24,273 nt of DNA from Armatimonadota bacterium (GTDB lineage Bacteria; Armatimonadota; Hebobacteria; CAIYQO01): positions 1 to 24,273 of the forward strand of contig JBBRXO010000034.1 of the NCBI GenBank assembly GCA_038248345.1, given 5' to 3'. A model generated the notes under the pieces. That model had not been told where the DNA came from. It searched no databases and worked only from the letters and a program-made list of their open reading frames with translations. Positions within the stretch are counted from its first letter, which is position 1; every line of letters begins with the position of its first letter. Positions 1 through 8,482 of this stretch are shown here, piece by piece. A program made the translations under genes and the position numbers.

Positions 1-1
1 C

Positions 2-778
2 CAGCTGACCGACGGCGACATCAATTACTTCGGCTTAATGTGGACCAATGGCCGTAGTTATCCGCAGCTGTTGAAAGAGTTTGCGGAGATTAAGGCAATC
101 ACAGCTGGTAACAAGAGCGCCCAGAGTAATCTGTTAACAGGTCATTTTAACTACCTCCTCTACCGGATGAATAAAGAGAACGCGGCAGTATTGCGCGAGG
201 AGGGCAAACGTGCCTATGCCACCGCAATACTGCAGGGGATGGAACCCGGCGGGATATTTATGGATGAATCAGATGAAATGTGGGGAGCGGGCGACAATGA
301 AAAAGCGCTGCAGGAGCTGATAGCAGAGAACCCGGGTGCCCCGGCGGTCTATGTGGATGTACTGACTGGCCACGTGAATTACCTCAGCTATAAGAGTAGC
401 GACAAAGCCCGGATTGCCGGCGTGAAGGCCTACGGGCGAGTGCTGGAACAAAACATCTCCATGCGTACAACCTTCCTGCATGAATTTGATGAAATGTGGC
501 TGTTGGGTGATTATGAAGTGGAGTTGCAACAGCTGGCTGCGAGCGAAAAAACTAATAAATCCTATGCTGGCAGCATACTGCTGGGCCACCTGAACTACCT
601 AGTCTTCCGCAAAGGCGGCAAAAATGCGGATGTGGCACGCACAGATGGTTTTGAAGCTTACCATGGCCTGACCAGTTCCGGCATCTCCCTCCCGCTCAAT
701 TACCAGCAGGAATACACCGAGATGCGCCCCCAAGGTGGCACCGGCACGGTAGAAGCGCCGCTAGGGTTGCCGTTTTAG
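2..778 (+). CDS. 5'-partial protein with three ~72-80 aa tandem repeats (unknown helical repeat)
   Basis: The frame is open from position 2 (QLTDGDINYFGL precedes the ATG at 38). The motif LxGHxNYLx[YF][RK]...R..G..AY...E.[DT]EM occurs three times. Stop TAG at 776-778. Confidence 0.8.
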   Translation, partial: QLTDGDINYFGLMWTNGRSYPQLLKEFAEIKAITAGNKSAQSNLLTGHFNYLLYRMNKENAAVLREEGKRAYATAILQGMEPGGIFMDESDEMWGAGDNEKALQELIAENPGAPAVYVDVLTGHVNYLSYKSSDKARIAGVKAYGRVLEQNISMRTTFLHEFDEMWLLGDYEVELQQLAASEKTNKSYAGSILLGHLNYLVFRKGGKNADVARTDGFEAYHGLTSSGISLPLNYQQEYTEMRPQGGTGTVEAPLGLPF

Positions 779-834
779 GGGGTGTAGAATGAACCAAAAA
801 AGTATGGAATTAGCACAAGAGGAGGAGAATATTG

Positions 835-1956
835 ATGAATATTGCAGAGGCCTATCCTCCGGGTGAGTTTATTAAGGAGGAGCTTGCCGCACGTTATTGG
901 AGCCAGGTGGAACTAGCCGAGATAATTGGTCGTGACCCGAAAGTGATACATGACCTGATCACCGGCAAACGCCCGATAGTACCTGAACTCGCCCAATCGC
1001 TAGGTGATGCCTTGGGAACAAGTGCAATGTATTGGATGAACCTGGAAAGCTCGTATCGGCTGTGGCGTAGTGGGGCGCAAAGAGACGACACCACTGTTAG
1101 ACGTTCCAGACTTTATGAGATAGCCCCTATCAAAGATATGTGCAAACGTCATTGGATTGAACCATCTGCAAACGTGGCAATATTAGAACATCAAGTGAAG
1201 GATCTCTTTGGCATTCCGAATTTAGCAGAACCAATATGCTTCTCACATGCACCGCGGAAGAGCAATCCAGGAGTATCCAATTCACAAATTGCCTGGATGT
1301 GTCGTGCCCGGCACATTGCGAAGTCATTACCGGCGAATAGATTTTCTGCACACAGTCTAGATAAAGCCTTGTTACATCTGAAGCAAATATTGCCATATGT
1401 AACAGCAATTGGATGTATCCCTACTATACTGGCGGATGCAGGAATCCGGTTTCTCATTGTAGAACATTTGCCACACACGAGAATAGATGGAGTAACTTTC
1501 TGGTTGGATGATAATTCACCAGTGATCGTCCTGTCGTTGCGTTATGACAGGATCGATGCCTGGTGGTACACCCTCGCCCATGAGCTTGCCCATGTGGCAA
1601 ACAGAGATGGAGTTGATGATGCTGCTGTGCTCGATATTGATATCTCTGGAGAGCAGGCAATGGTTATGAAGAATACCATTGAAATTGAGGCAGATAAATT
1701 TGCATCGAACTTCCTCGTTAACGAGAAAGAACTGGCAAATTTTACAAAATCAGCTGGTTCGCATTATAGTGCCCGTGAAATCAATGAATTTGCCAGCAAA
1801 GTCAGAGTGCATCCGGGGATTGTTGTGGGACAATTACAGCATCGTAAAGAGATACCTTGGTCAGCTCATCGGAGTATGTTAGTGAAGGTTCGCGATATGG
1901 TAGTGTCATCGGCGGTGACTGATGGGTGGGGAAAACTACCGGAGATGACTCCATAG
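835..1956 (+). CDS. HigA-family XRE HTH antitoxin/regulator fused to an ImmA/IrrE (peptidase M78) metallopeptidase
   Basis: N-terminal PPGEFIKEEL...SQVELAEIIG...GKRPI...YWMNL is HigA-type HTH. It carries the HExxH motif TLAHELAH and a downstream EIEADKFASNFL. RBS GGAGGAG at 821-827; the start is TTG832 or ATG835. Confidence 0.88.
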   Translation: MNIAEAYPPGEFIKEELAARYWSQVELAEIIGRDPKVIHDLITGKRPIVPELAQSLGDALGTSAMYWMNLESSYRLWRSGAQRDDTTVRRSRLYEIAPIKDMCKRHWIEPSANVAILEHQVKDLFGIPNLAEPICFSHAPRKSNPGVSNSQIAWMCRARHIAKSLPANRFSAHSLDKALLHLKQILPYVTAIGCIPTILADAGIRFLIVEHLPHTRIDGVTFWLDDNSPVIVLSLRYDRIDAWWYTLAHELAHVANRDGVDDAAVLDIDISGEQAMVMKNTIEIEADKFASNFLVNEKELANFTKSAGSHYSAREINEFASKVRVHPGIVVGQLQHRKEIPWSAHRSMLVKVRDMVVSSAVTDGWGKLPEMTP

Positions 1957-1967
1957 GGATGGATGAA

Positions 1968-2593
1968 TTACAACCCGGAATCTTGCGCTAATGCCAACAT
2001 CTCATCCAGCATCTCTTTCAGATGCGGACATTTGTTGTAGGCCTCTTCCGGGTTGAGCTTTGAAAAAAGTTTGGGGCCATCGATGGTTTGTTTGTAATTG
2101 CTCCCGGTACTGTCACGGTAGAGGCGTCGCAATAATGCTTTCGGTGGTTCAGTGGAATTCACCATTTCCGGTTTCTTATTCAGCAGATGTCGTTTTATAT
2201 CTGTGGGGAAGATTTCGGGCTGACTAAGTAACCATGCTTCAAATTCATGTACGGCGAAGAAGTGGCGGAAATTTTTGTTACCGACAAGCTTTCAATATAC
2301 TGTTTCGCCCACTTACAACAGGAGTCGGTACTCTCTATATCTTTGGGGTAAGAGAAGCTTGACCCATAGAAATCAAGGAGAGAAATAACGGCAATAACTT
2401 CGCGCCCATCTCTCGGATCATTAAGGACGGTCTTCGTTCCTTTAGCGACATCCTTGAGCAAGTCACCAAGACCAGCATAACGGATCACTTTAATGGCGAT
2501 AGGTGACGTCAAACGAGGATCCAGCCAGCGTTTGAGAAATGAGGTTACTGCTCTTTGCTCTGTCTGCCCTTCTACGAAAAGCACGAACCTCAT
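1968..2593 (-). pseudogene. DUF4276-family (TOPRIM-like) protein split by a 1-nt frameshift near 2290-2292
   Basis: N-part has VLFVEGQTE and SLLDFYG. Shifting frame at ATT GAA AG|CTT GTC gives LVGNKNFRHFFAVHEFEAWLLSQPEIFP...KKPEMVNSTEPPK, which runs into the 1968..2165 ORF (YKQTIDG...KCPHL). The start overlaps the ATPase stop (TAATG). Confidence 0.82.
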
Positions 2594-3780
2594 TACATAT
2601 CCTCCAACTGACCAGATCTGTACATTGATCCGAGAGTATAAGTCTTAAGCCAGTATTCCAACTGCACCTCATTAACCTGCGTAAGTATCGTTTCCCCTTC
2701 TTCACATTTAGCCACAGTGATTGTAGGGCTAAACTTGGTGAAAGCATCCAGAAGTTGCGCGGAATGGGTAGATATTATCACCTGCGTGCGCGTTGCCGCT
2801 TCCGCCGCAAACTCTGCAATAATGGGCAACATGGATGGATGCAGACCGTACTCTGGCTCGTCAATCGCGATCAATGCAGGTGGATTCGGATTAGCTAGCG
2901 CCGCCAATAAGAAGAGAAAACGGAGCGTGCCGTCGGAGATATCCAACGCTGAAACTTCGCGTTTCAGGCTCTTCCAGCGTAAGCGCAATTGAATCCGCTG
3001 ATCAGCATCCGGCGGGAACACCAGCTTATCAAAATCATCACCAAAGGCCACGCGCATGGCGTCGTTAATATTTTCTTCAAACTTACGATCCGAACTGCAC
3101 AGAGTATGAAGGATATGAATCAGATTCTGCCCGTCGCTATCCAAAACTTTTTCCGCCCGCGTTACCGCCGCCCGGCGAATTTGCGCATCACGATCTACGC
3201 GGACATCGTGGTAGATTTTCCATGAGACAAGTTCACGTCTGAACCGTGGAATCAAATCATTTATTAGGAATGGATTATTGAGAGATAGTAAGGTTTCCTC
3301 TTCAGGTATATCATCTTTAACGTCGACAAGGCCTATATTAAGGTCATCATTAATTGCGCCATTTGAATCCCGACGCTTTATTAATTCATATGGGTTATTT
3401 CTTCTTCCTGATTTAACAATATAGTTGTTGACTAACATCTCACTTCCAACTCTGTATGCACTTGATAGGCCTATGCGGTTAATTTCAAAATCATATACCA
3501 TATGGTCTATCCCATTCGTTTCATCATTAGAAGGAATGGTACTGATACGAGACGTTATAGAGTCCATTTTACCGTCCCAAACCAATGGATCCATCCCGCC
3601 CCAATTCTGAATATAATCACCCAGTCGTCCATTGGCAGATGCAGAGATCAACTCCAACAGGTGCAGCAGATTGGATTTGCCGGAGCCGTTGGGACCGATG
3701 ATGATGTTCAACGCGCCTGGTTGCCAGCTTACTTTTCGCAACGAGCGGAAGCCTTCTATTTCCAGTTTTTCTATGCGCAT
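2593..3780 (-). CDS. ABC-type (AAA_15/AAA_21-like) ATPase, partner of DUF4276
   Basis: MRIEKLEIEGFRS start, Walker A GPNGSGKS, signature-like ISDGT, Walker B/D-loop AIDEPEYGLHP, H-loop ISTHS. RBS GGGAG upstream. Confidence 0.92.
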   Translation of the reverse strand: MRIEKLEIEGFRSLRKVSWQPGALNIIIGPNGSGKSNLLHLLELISASANGRLGDYIQNWGGMDPLVWDGKMDSITSRISTIPSNDETNGIDHMVYDFEINRIGLSSAYRVGSEMLVNNYIVKSGRRNNPYELIKRRDSNGAINDDLNIGLVDVKDDIPEEETLLSLNNPFLINDLIPRFRRELVSWKIYHDVRVDRDAQIRRAAVTRAEKVLDSDGQNLIHILHTLCSSDRKFEENINDAMRVAFGDDFDKLVFPPDADQRIQLRLRWKSLKREVSALDISDGTLRFLFLLAALANPNPPALIAIDEPEYGLHPSMLPIIAEFAAEAATRTQVIISTHSAQLLDAFTKFSPTITVAKCEEGETILTQVNEVQLEYWLKTYTLGSMYRSGQLEDM

Positions 3781-3835
3781 TGTTTATCTCCCGGGTAACT
3801 GATGTTAGGTTATTTGCTAGTGCAAGGATAACTGT

Positions 3836-4492
3836 TCAGGTGATATTCGTCAACAAATTCCCCTCACAAACCGCCCGCACCGGCGCGTAGCTCCTCCGGT
3901 GCTCGGGGCAGGGGCCGTGGGTGCGCAGGGCGGCTAGGTGGTCGGCGGTGGGGTAGCCTTTGTGGCGGGCGAAGCCGTACTCGGGATATAGCGCGTCCAG
4001 CTCCAGCAGCAGTCGGTCACGCGTGACTTTGGCCAGGATGCTGGCCGCCGCGATGCTGGCGCTACGGCTGTCGCCTTTGATCAGATTCTGTTGCGGTAGC
4101 GGGGAATCCGGCAGTGGCAGGCCGTCGATGAGCGCCAACTCCGGGACTATTGCCAGCCCCAGCAGTGCAGTGCGCATACCGTAGTGGGTGGCGCGCAGGA
4201 TGTTCAGCTCATCGATTACCGCCGGGGAGATGACCTGAATGGAGAAGCATAGTGCGCAGGCGGTGATCAACTCATATAGCTTTTCACGCGTGTGCTCGGG
4301 TACCTTTTTCGAGTCATTCAACCCTGGCAGTTGCACACCGTGGGGCAAGATCACCGCCGCCACCACCACCGGCCCGGCCAGCGGCCCGCGCCCGGCCTCA
4401 TCCACACCTGCAATGCAACTGATGCCGCCCTCGCGCAGCTCCGTTTCAATTTGCCACAGTCGCGTGTGACGTTCGGTTTCACTCTCGCGCAT
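3836..4492 (-). CDS. rnhB: Ribonuclease HII
   Basis: Motifs GVDEAGRGPLAGPV, LNDSKK, LIDG, KGD...IAAASILAKVTRD, HKGYPT, HRRSY. Canonical position after rplS-lepB. Confidence 0.97.
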   Translation of the reverse strand: MRESETERHTRLWQIETELREGGISCIAGVDEAGRGPLAGPVVVAAVILPHGVQLPGLNDSKKVPEHTREKLYELITACALCFSIQVISPAVIDELNILRATHYGMRTALLGLAIVPELALIDGLPLPDSPLPQQNLIKGDSRSASIAAASILAKVTRDRLLLELDALYPEYGFARHKGYPTADHLAALRTHGPCPEHRRSYAPVRAVCEGNLLTNIT

Positions 4493-4502
4493 AGTGGCAT
4501 CC

Positions 4503-5555
4503 TCAGAGCAGCTTCAGTCGATTCAATGGAAAGAAGGTGCTGATGGCGCGGGCGCGGATGTTGGCGCGCGGCACTACGCCCCAGTAGCGGCTGTCGAAAC
4601 TGCTGTTGCGGTGGTCACCACTGACGAAATAGCAATCCTTCGGCACCACAAATTCACCGTTCACCACATAGGGTTTGATGTAATGTTCGTAGCGGTAGTA
4701 TTCGTCATATTTGACCAGCCATTCAAATAGACTAACGATTAAGTTGCTCATCTCGGTATCATTTTTGGCGTTGCCTAATTCTGGCGGCGGCCCCGGATCT
4801 TCCATGGCCTCCGGGAATGAGACAGGAGCTGTGGGGGTGATACTCCGGTCGACATATTCATCAGCAATAGGCGTTTTGGCGCCGTTCAGGTAAACACCCT
4901 CGTCCTTGACGATGCGAATGCGGTCGCCGGGGGTACCGATCACGCGCTTGATGTAATCTTCTGGGCGGGCGGGAAGATCCGGCAGGCTCGCGAGAATCTC
5001 ATCATAATTCCAGTTCGGGTTGAGCTTTTTCAGTTCGTTCGGGTTTTCGGTGACCCAGCGGCGAAGTACGAAGGCAGGAAAGGCGACGGGTTTGCGAAAG
5101 GCGAAGCCGGGGAGACCGGAAATGAGCGGTTGTGAGCTACCGATGACCGCCGGGGTGGGCGGCTGAAAGATGACGATATCGCCGCGCTCCGGGGCGCGGA
5201 AACGGTAGATGAAGCGATTGCCGATGAGACGGTCACCGCCCAGTTTCTTGCCGCCCACTTCACGTGGGCCCATCAGGGTGGACTCCATACTTCCCGATGG
5301 AATGAAGAAGGTCTGCACGAAATAGGGGCGCACAATGCCAAAGACGAGGATGGCCGCTATGAGGAGCGTGTCGATGACTTCCATAGTGAAGTCTTTACGT
5401 TTTTTACCGTCGGTATTGCTAATCGGCAACGGATTTCGACGACGATATCCGGCGAAAAGCAGACGGATTATCAACAAAAAGAGCGCGAGCGCGAAGACCA
5501 CCCACTGGTTTTCCAGGGCGGACAATATTTGACCCATTAACGTCTGTTGTGGCAT
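4503..5555 (-). CDS. lepB: Signal peptidase I (paralog 2)
   Basis: Catalytic Ser box IPSGSMESTL, GDRL, catalytic Lys YIKRVIGTPGD, box E GDHRNSSFDSRYWG. Two N-terminal hydrophobic segments. Confidence 0.93.
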   Translation of the reverse strand: MPQQTLMGQILSALENQWVVFALALFLLIIRLLFAGYRRRNPLPISNTDGKKRKDFTMEVIDTLLIAAILVFGIVRPYFVQTFFIPSGSMESTLMGPREVGGKKLGGDRLIGNRFIYRFRAPERGDIVIFQPPTPAVIGSSQPLISGLPGFAFRKPVAFPAFVLRRWVTENPNELKKLNPNWNYDEILASLPDLPARPEDYIKRVIGTPGDRIRIVKDEGVYLNGAKTPIADEYVDRSITPTAPVSFPEAMEDPGPPPELGNAKNDTEMSNLIVSLFEWLVKYDEYYRYEHYIKPYVVNGEFVVPKDCYFVSGDHRNSSFDSRYWGVVPRANIRARAISTFFPLNRLKLL

Positions 5556-5557
5556 TA

Positions 5558-6928
5558 CTACTTCACCAAACCTATTCGATTAGCTGGCCAGAAGATAAAC
5601 ATGGCCCGCCCGATGACGGATTTGCGCGGCAACAATCCCCACACGTGGCTGTCATGGCTGGAGTTGCGATTATCGCCCATCACAAATAAATAACCTAGCG
5701 GCACGACCAGTTCATCCCCTACGATGTTAGGCTCGATCTGGCCGCGAACTTCCGGGTTCATACGGAAACTAACCGCCAGTTCGCCATCCGGCTCCTTAGG
5801 GTAATTATACCCCGGAATGTGGCCGGCGATGTAGGCTTCGTTGAGTTTTATTCCATTCCGGTATAAGCCATCATTGGCAATGATCCGGATGTGGTCGCCG
5901 GGTACACCCATTACGCGCTTGACATAGTACTCTGGCGGTTTAGATTCATCAAAGGCCTGGTAGCTCAACACCAGCGCTATGTGCGGTGGGTGAAAGACCA
6001 CTACGTCACCATCTGCCGGACCACCGAACCAGAAGCTGCTCTTCGTCGCCAGCAATTTATCGTTAATGAGGAGTGTCGGCATCATACTCCCGGAGGGGAT
6101 ATAAAATGCCTGCAGCAGGAAGGGGCGGATGAGCAGGAAGACCAGTGCAATGGCGATGATGGCGGAATCCAATACCTCCACCATGAAGCGCCGGGTCGCA
6201 CGCGGTTCATCTTCAACTTCAACCGTTACTTCGGCTACCTCTGCTGGTTTCTCTTCGATGATTAATTTTTCAACGGAGGCATTGGGCATCGTCAGCGTCT
6301 CTTCTTCCAATAATTCATCTGTCTCGATCGTCGAAGTTTCCTCCAGCGCAAGCGCTGCGGCATGGGCCGTACGCTCCGCGAGGATGTCGATATGATTCTG
6401 GCGGAGCCAGGTGAAGCGGATGACGAAGATAATAATTCCAACGACGAGGAGACTAATACGAATCGATAGTGGCATGGCAAAATCGGTCAGGCTGCCGGTG
6501 AAAAATGCAACCACGCTGACATCGAAGAAGAACTTGGTATCAACAGATTCTTCTTTAAGCAGCAAGCTGAAGGAACTGGCGCTGCGACGGCGGATGCGCT
6601 GCAAATCCCACACGATGCGCACGAGAGCCAGTGGGGAAAAAAGTAAGAACAGGGTCAATAATTTCTGCCATAGACCCGTAATATTGGGGTTGGTACTCAT
6701 GGCGCCATGGAGGACACGAAGATAAAGCAAACCGACCAGTAAGCCCGATAGCATTATCAGGTCAATACTGTTGACGATGATATCCTTGGAACCACGCGCG
6801 GGTGGGTTGGGGGTGTCCGAGTAGGCACGCTCGTAGAGAATGTCGAGTAGCCACACCAGCAAACGAATGCCGATGAGGAATCCAAGGAACTTCCAGGCAA
6901 ACCCGGTATCGTCAAATGAAAAGGGCAA
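5558..6928 (-). CDS. lepB: Signal peptidase I (paralog 1) with a long multi-pass N-terminal extension
   Basis: IPSGSMMPTL, YVKRVMGVPGD, GDNRNSSHDSHVWG. About 240 aa of hydrophobic helices plus an acidic linker precede the conserved TM. TTG start is uncertain. Confidence 0.9.
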   Translation of the reverse strand: MPFSFDDTGFAWKFLGFLIGIRLLVWLLDILYERAYSDTPNPPARGSKDIIVNSIDLIMLSGLLVGLLYLRVLHGAMSTNPNITGLWQKLLTLFLLFSPLALVRIVWDLQRIRRRSASSFSLLLKEESVDTKFFFDVSVVAFFTGSLTDFAMPLSIRISLLVVGIIIFVIRFTWLRQNHIDILAERTAHAAALALEETSTIETDELLEEETLTMPNASVEKLIIEEKPAEVAEVTVEVEDEPRATRRFMVEVLDSAIIAIALVFLLIRPFLLQAFYIPSGSMMPTLLINDKLLATKSSFWFGGPADGDVVVFHPPHIALVLSYQAFDESKPPEYYVKRVMGVPGDHIRIIANDGLYRNGIKLNEAYIAGHIPGYNYPKEPDGELAVSFRMNPEVRGQIEPNIVGDELVVPLGYLFVMGDNRNSSHDSHVWGLLPRKSVIGRAMFIFWPANRIGLVK

Positions 6929-6964
6929 AGTTTTTCCTTATATCCAAGGTGTAAATCCCCGTCA

Positions 6965-7288
6965 ATTACCCACAAATATTTCACCACGAAGTGGTGATGC
7001 AATTTAGCCCGGTGCGCAAGCGCCGGGTTAGAGCATTATTAATTATCTCCACCCGGAAAGGTGGTGGAGATCTGATTCCGCCACCCCTTCGAGGTGAAAA
7101 ACCTATCCTGATGTCATACATATTCTGCTGGGACTGAAGTCCCGGCTACAGGGCGCTACGCGCCGTTTGTCCGCCTTCGCGGACTATTCTGAATCGAATG
7201 ATAGCGCGCTTCAGCGTGCTTGCAGTTGTTAGCCACCTCCTTTAGGGGGTGGTAAACGGTTGCGGGCGCGTATAAATACACGCCCGCA
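6965..7288. repeat. Cluster of about 10 consecutive REP-like hairpins between rplS and lepB
   Basis: Hairpins at 6981-6997, 7005-7030 (GCAA loop), 7045-7071, 7082-7096, 7127-7146 (GTAG-headed on - strand), 7152-7164, 7169-7184, 7203-7220, 7230-7254 and 7261-7288. 6965-6996 matches 10899-10930 at 30/32 nt. Confidence 0.75.
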
Positions 7289-7305
7289 GGAGAGTCTTCC
7301 GCCAA

Positions 7306-7677
7306 CTATTTTTGGATCCGTCCGCGCTCTTTGATGCGTGTTGCGCGGGAGCCGATGCGATCACGCAGATAGTAAAGGCGTGCGCGACGTACTTTACCCA
7401 GCCGCGTAACTTCGATTTTATCGATACGCGGAGAGTGTACCAGGAATACGCGCTCGACGCCGATACCGTTGGTCACGCGACGTACGGTGAAGCGCTCGTT
7501 GAGCAGGCCTTCCTGATGTCGGATAACTACGCCTTCGAATATCTGAATTCGTTCGCGTGCGCCTTCGCGCACTTTCAGATGCACCTTGACGTTGTCACCA
7601 GTGCGGAAATCTGGACGACCAGGCTGTAATTGTTCCTGTTCCAGTTCCTTGATCAGATTGAAGTTAACCTTCTTCAT
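7306..7677 (-). CDS. rplS: 50S ribosomal protein L19
   Basis: [28 protein letters not shown]...[20 protein letters not shown]. Confidence 0.98.
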   Translation of the reverse strand: MKKVNFNLIKELEQEQLQPGRPDFRTGDNVKVHLKVREGARERIQIFEGVVIRHQEGLLNERFTVRRVTNGIGVERVFLVHSPRIDKIEVTRLGKVRRARLYYLRDRIGSRATRIKERGRIQK

Positions 7678-8482
7678 TGTCTGACTCTTCTTTCGAGCGG
7701 TCGGCTATATTTTCCTTCTGCCGACATTCTAATTTGAGCCGCGCCAGTATGCGCACATCCTCCCGGGTTAACGGGGCCGATTCAAGTAAATCGGGCCGTC
7801 GCTCCAGGGTTCGACGGAGGGATTGCTCCCGGCGCCACTGGCGAATCGCCTCATGATGACCGGAGAGAAGGATCTCCGGCACTGCCCAGCCGCGAAACTC
7901 GGCTGGGCGCGTATATTGTGGGTACTCTAATAAGCCCGCCACAAAACTTTCTGTTTCAGCTGCTCCCTCACCGCCCAGTACTCCGGGCAACAAGCGCGCC
8001 ACTGCGTCAATAACTGTCAATGCGGGCAACTCGCCCCCGGTGAGCACGTAATCTCCGACGGAGATCTCGCGCCCGGCCAATTGTTCGTGCACCCGTTCGT
8101 CAATAGCCTCATAACGGCCACAGACAAAGATCAGATGCTCGTATTCGGCCAACTCCTCGGCCATTTGCTGGGTGAAGGTCTCACCAGTGGGTGCCATTAT
8201 TACCACTAGTTCCTTCTCCCCGCCTTCGCGGACAGCCTCTACTGCCTCGAAGATCGGCTCCGGTTTCATCACCATTCCCACCGCACCCCCGAAAGGGTAA
8301 TCATCGGTATGATGATGCTTATCATGCGTATAATCGCGCAACTGATGCGCGGTACAATCTATCAAACTAGCGGTCTGCGCCCGCCCCAGGATACTCTCTG
8401 ACCAGTATGCTTCAAATACCTGCGGGAGCAGGGTGATTACATCCACCCGCAACGGTTTGTGCGCATCTTCTGTCATCGTCAA
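7664..8482 (-). CDS. trmD: tRNA (guanine37-N1)-methyltransferase
   Basis: [54 protein letters not shown]. Start is TTG8482 or ATG8476. Confidence 0.97.
   Translation of the reverse strand: MTMTEDAHKPLRVDVITLLPQVFEAYWSESILGRAQTASLIDCTAHQLRDYTHDKHHHTDDYPFGGAVGMVMKPEPIFEAVEAVREGGEKELVVIMAPTGETFTQQMAEELAEYEHLIFVCGRYEAIDERVHEQLAGREISVGDYVLTGGELPALTVIDAVARLLPGVLGGEGAAETESFVAGLLEYPQYTRPAEFRGWAVPEILLSGHHEAIRQWRREQSLRRTLERRPDLLESAPLTREDVRILARLKLECRQKENIADRSKEESDNEEG

Noticed and set aside
779..866. Small ORF or HigB remnant upstream of the HigA-ImmA gene
   Set aside because: A ~25-codon frame from ATG789 overlaps the HigA start and has no RelE/HigB features.
780..3835. Left islet as an integrated mobile element
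   Set aside because: No integrase or transposase and no flanking direct repeats were found by eye; only composition and gene content suggest horizontal origin.
6965..7288. Possible CRISPR array or tRNA in the hairpin-rich spacer
   Set aside because: No identical direct repeats at regular spacing, no cas genes, and no cloverleaf with T-loop and acceptor stem.
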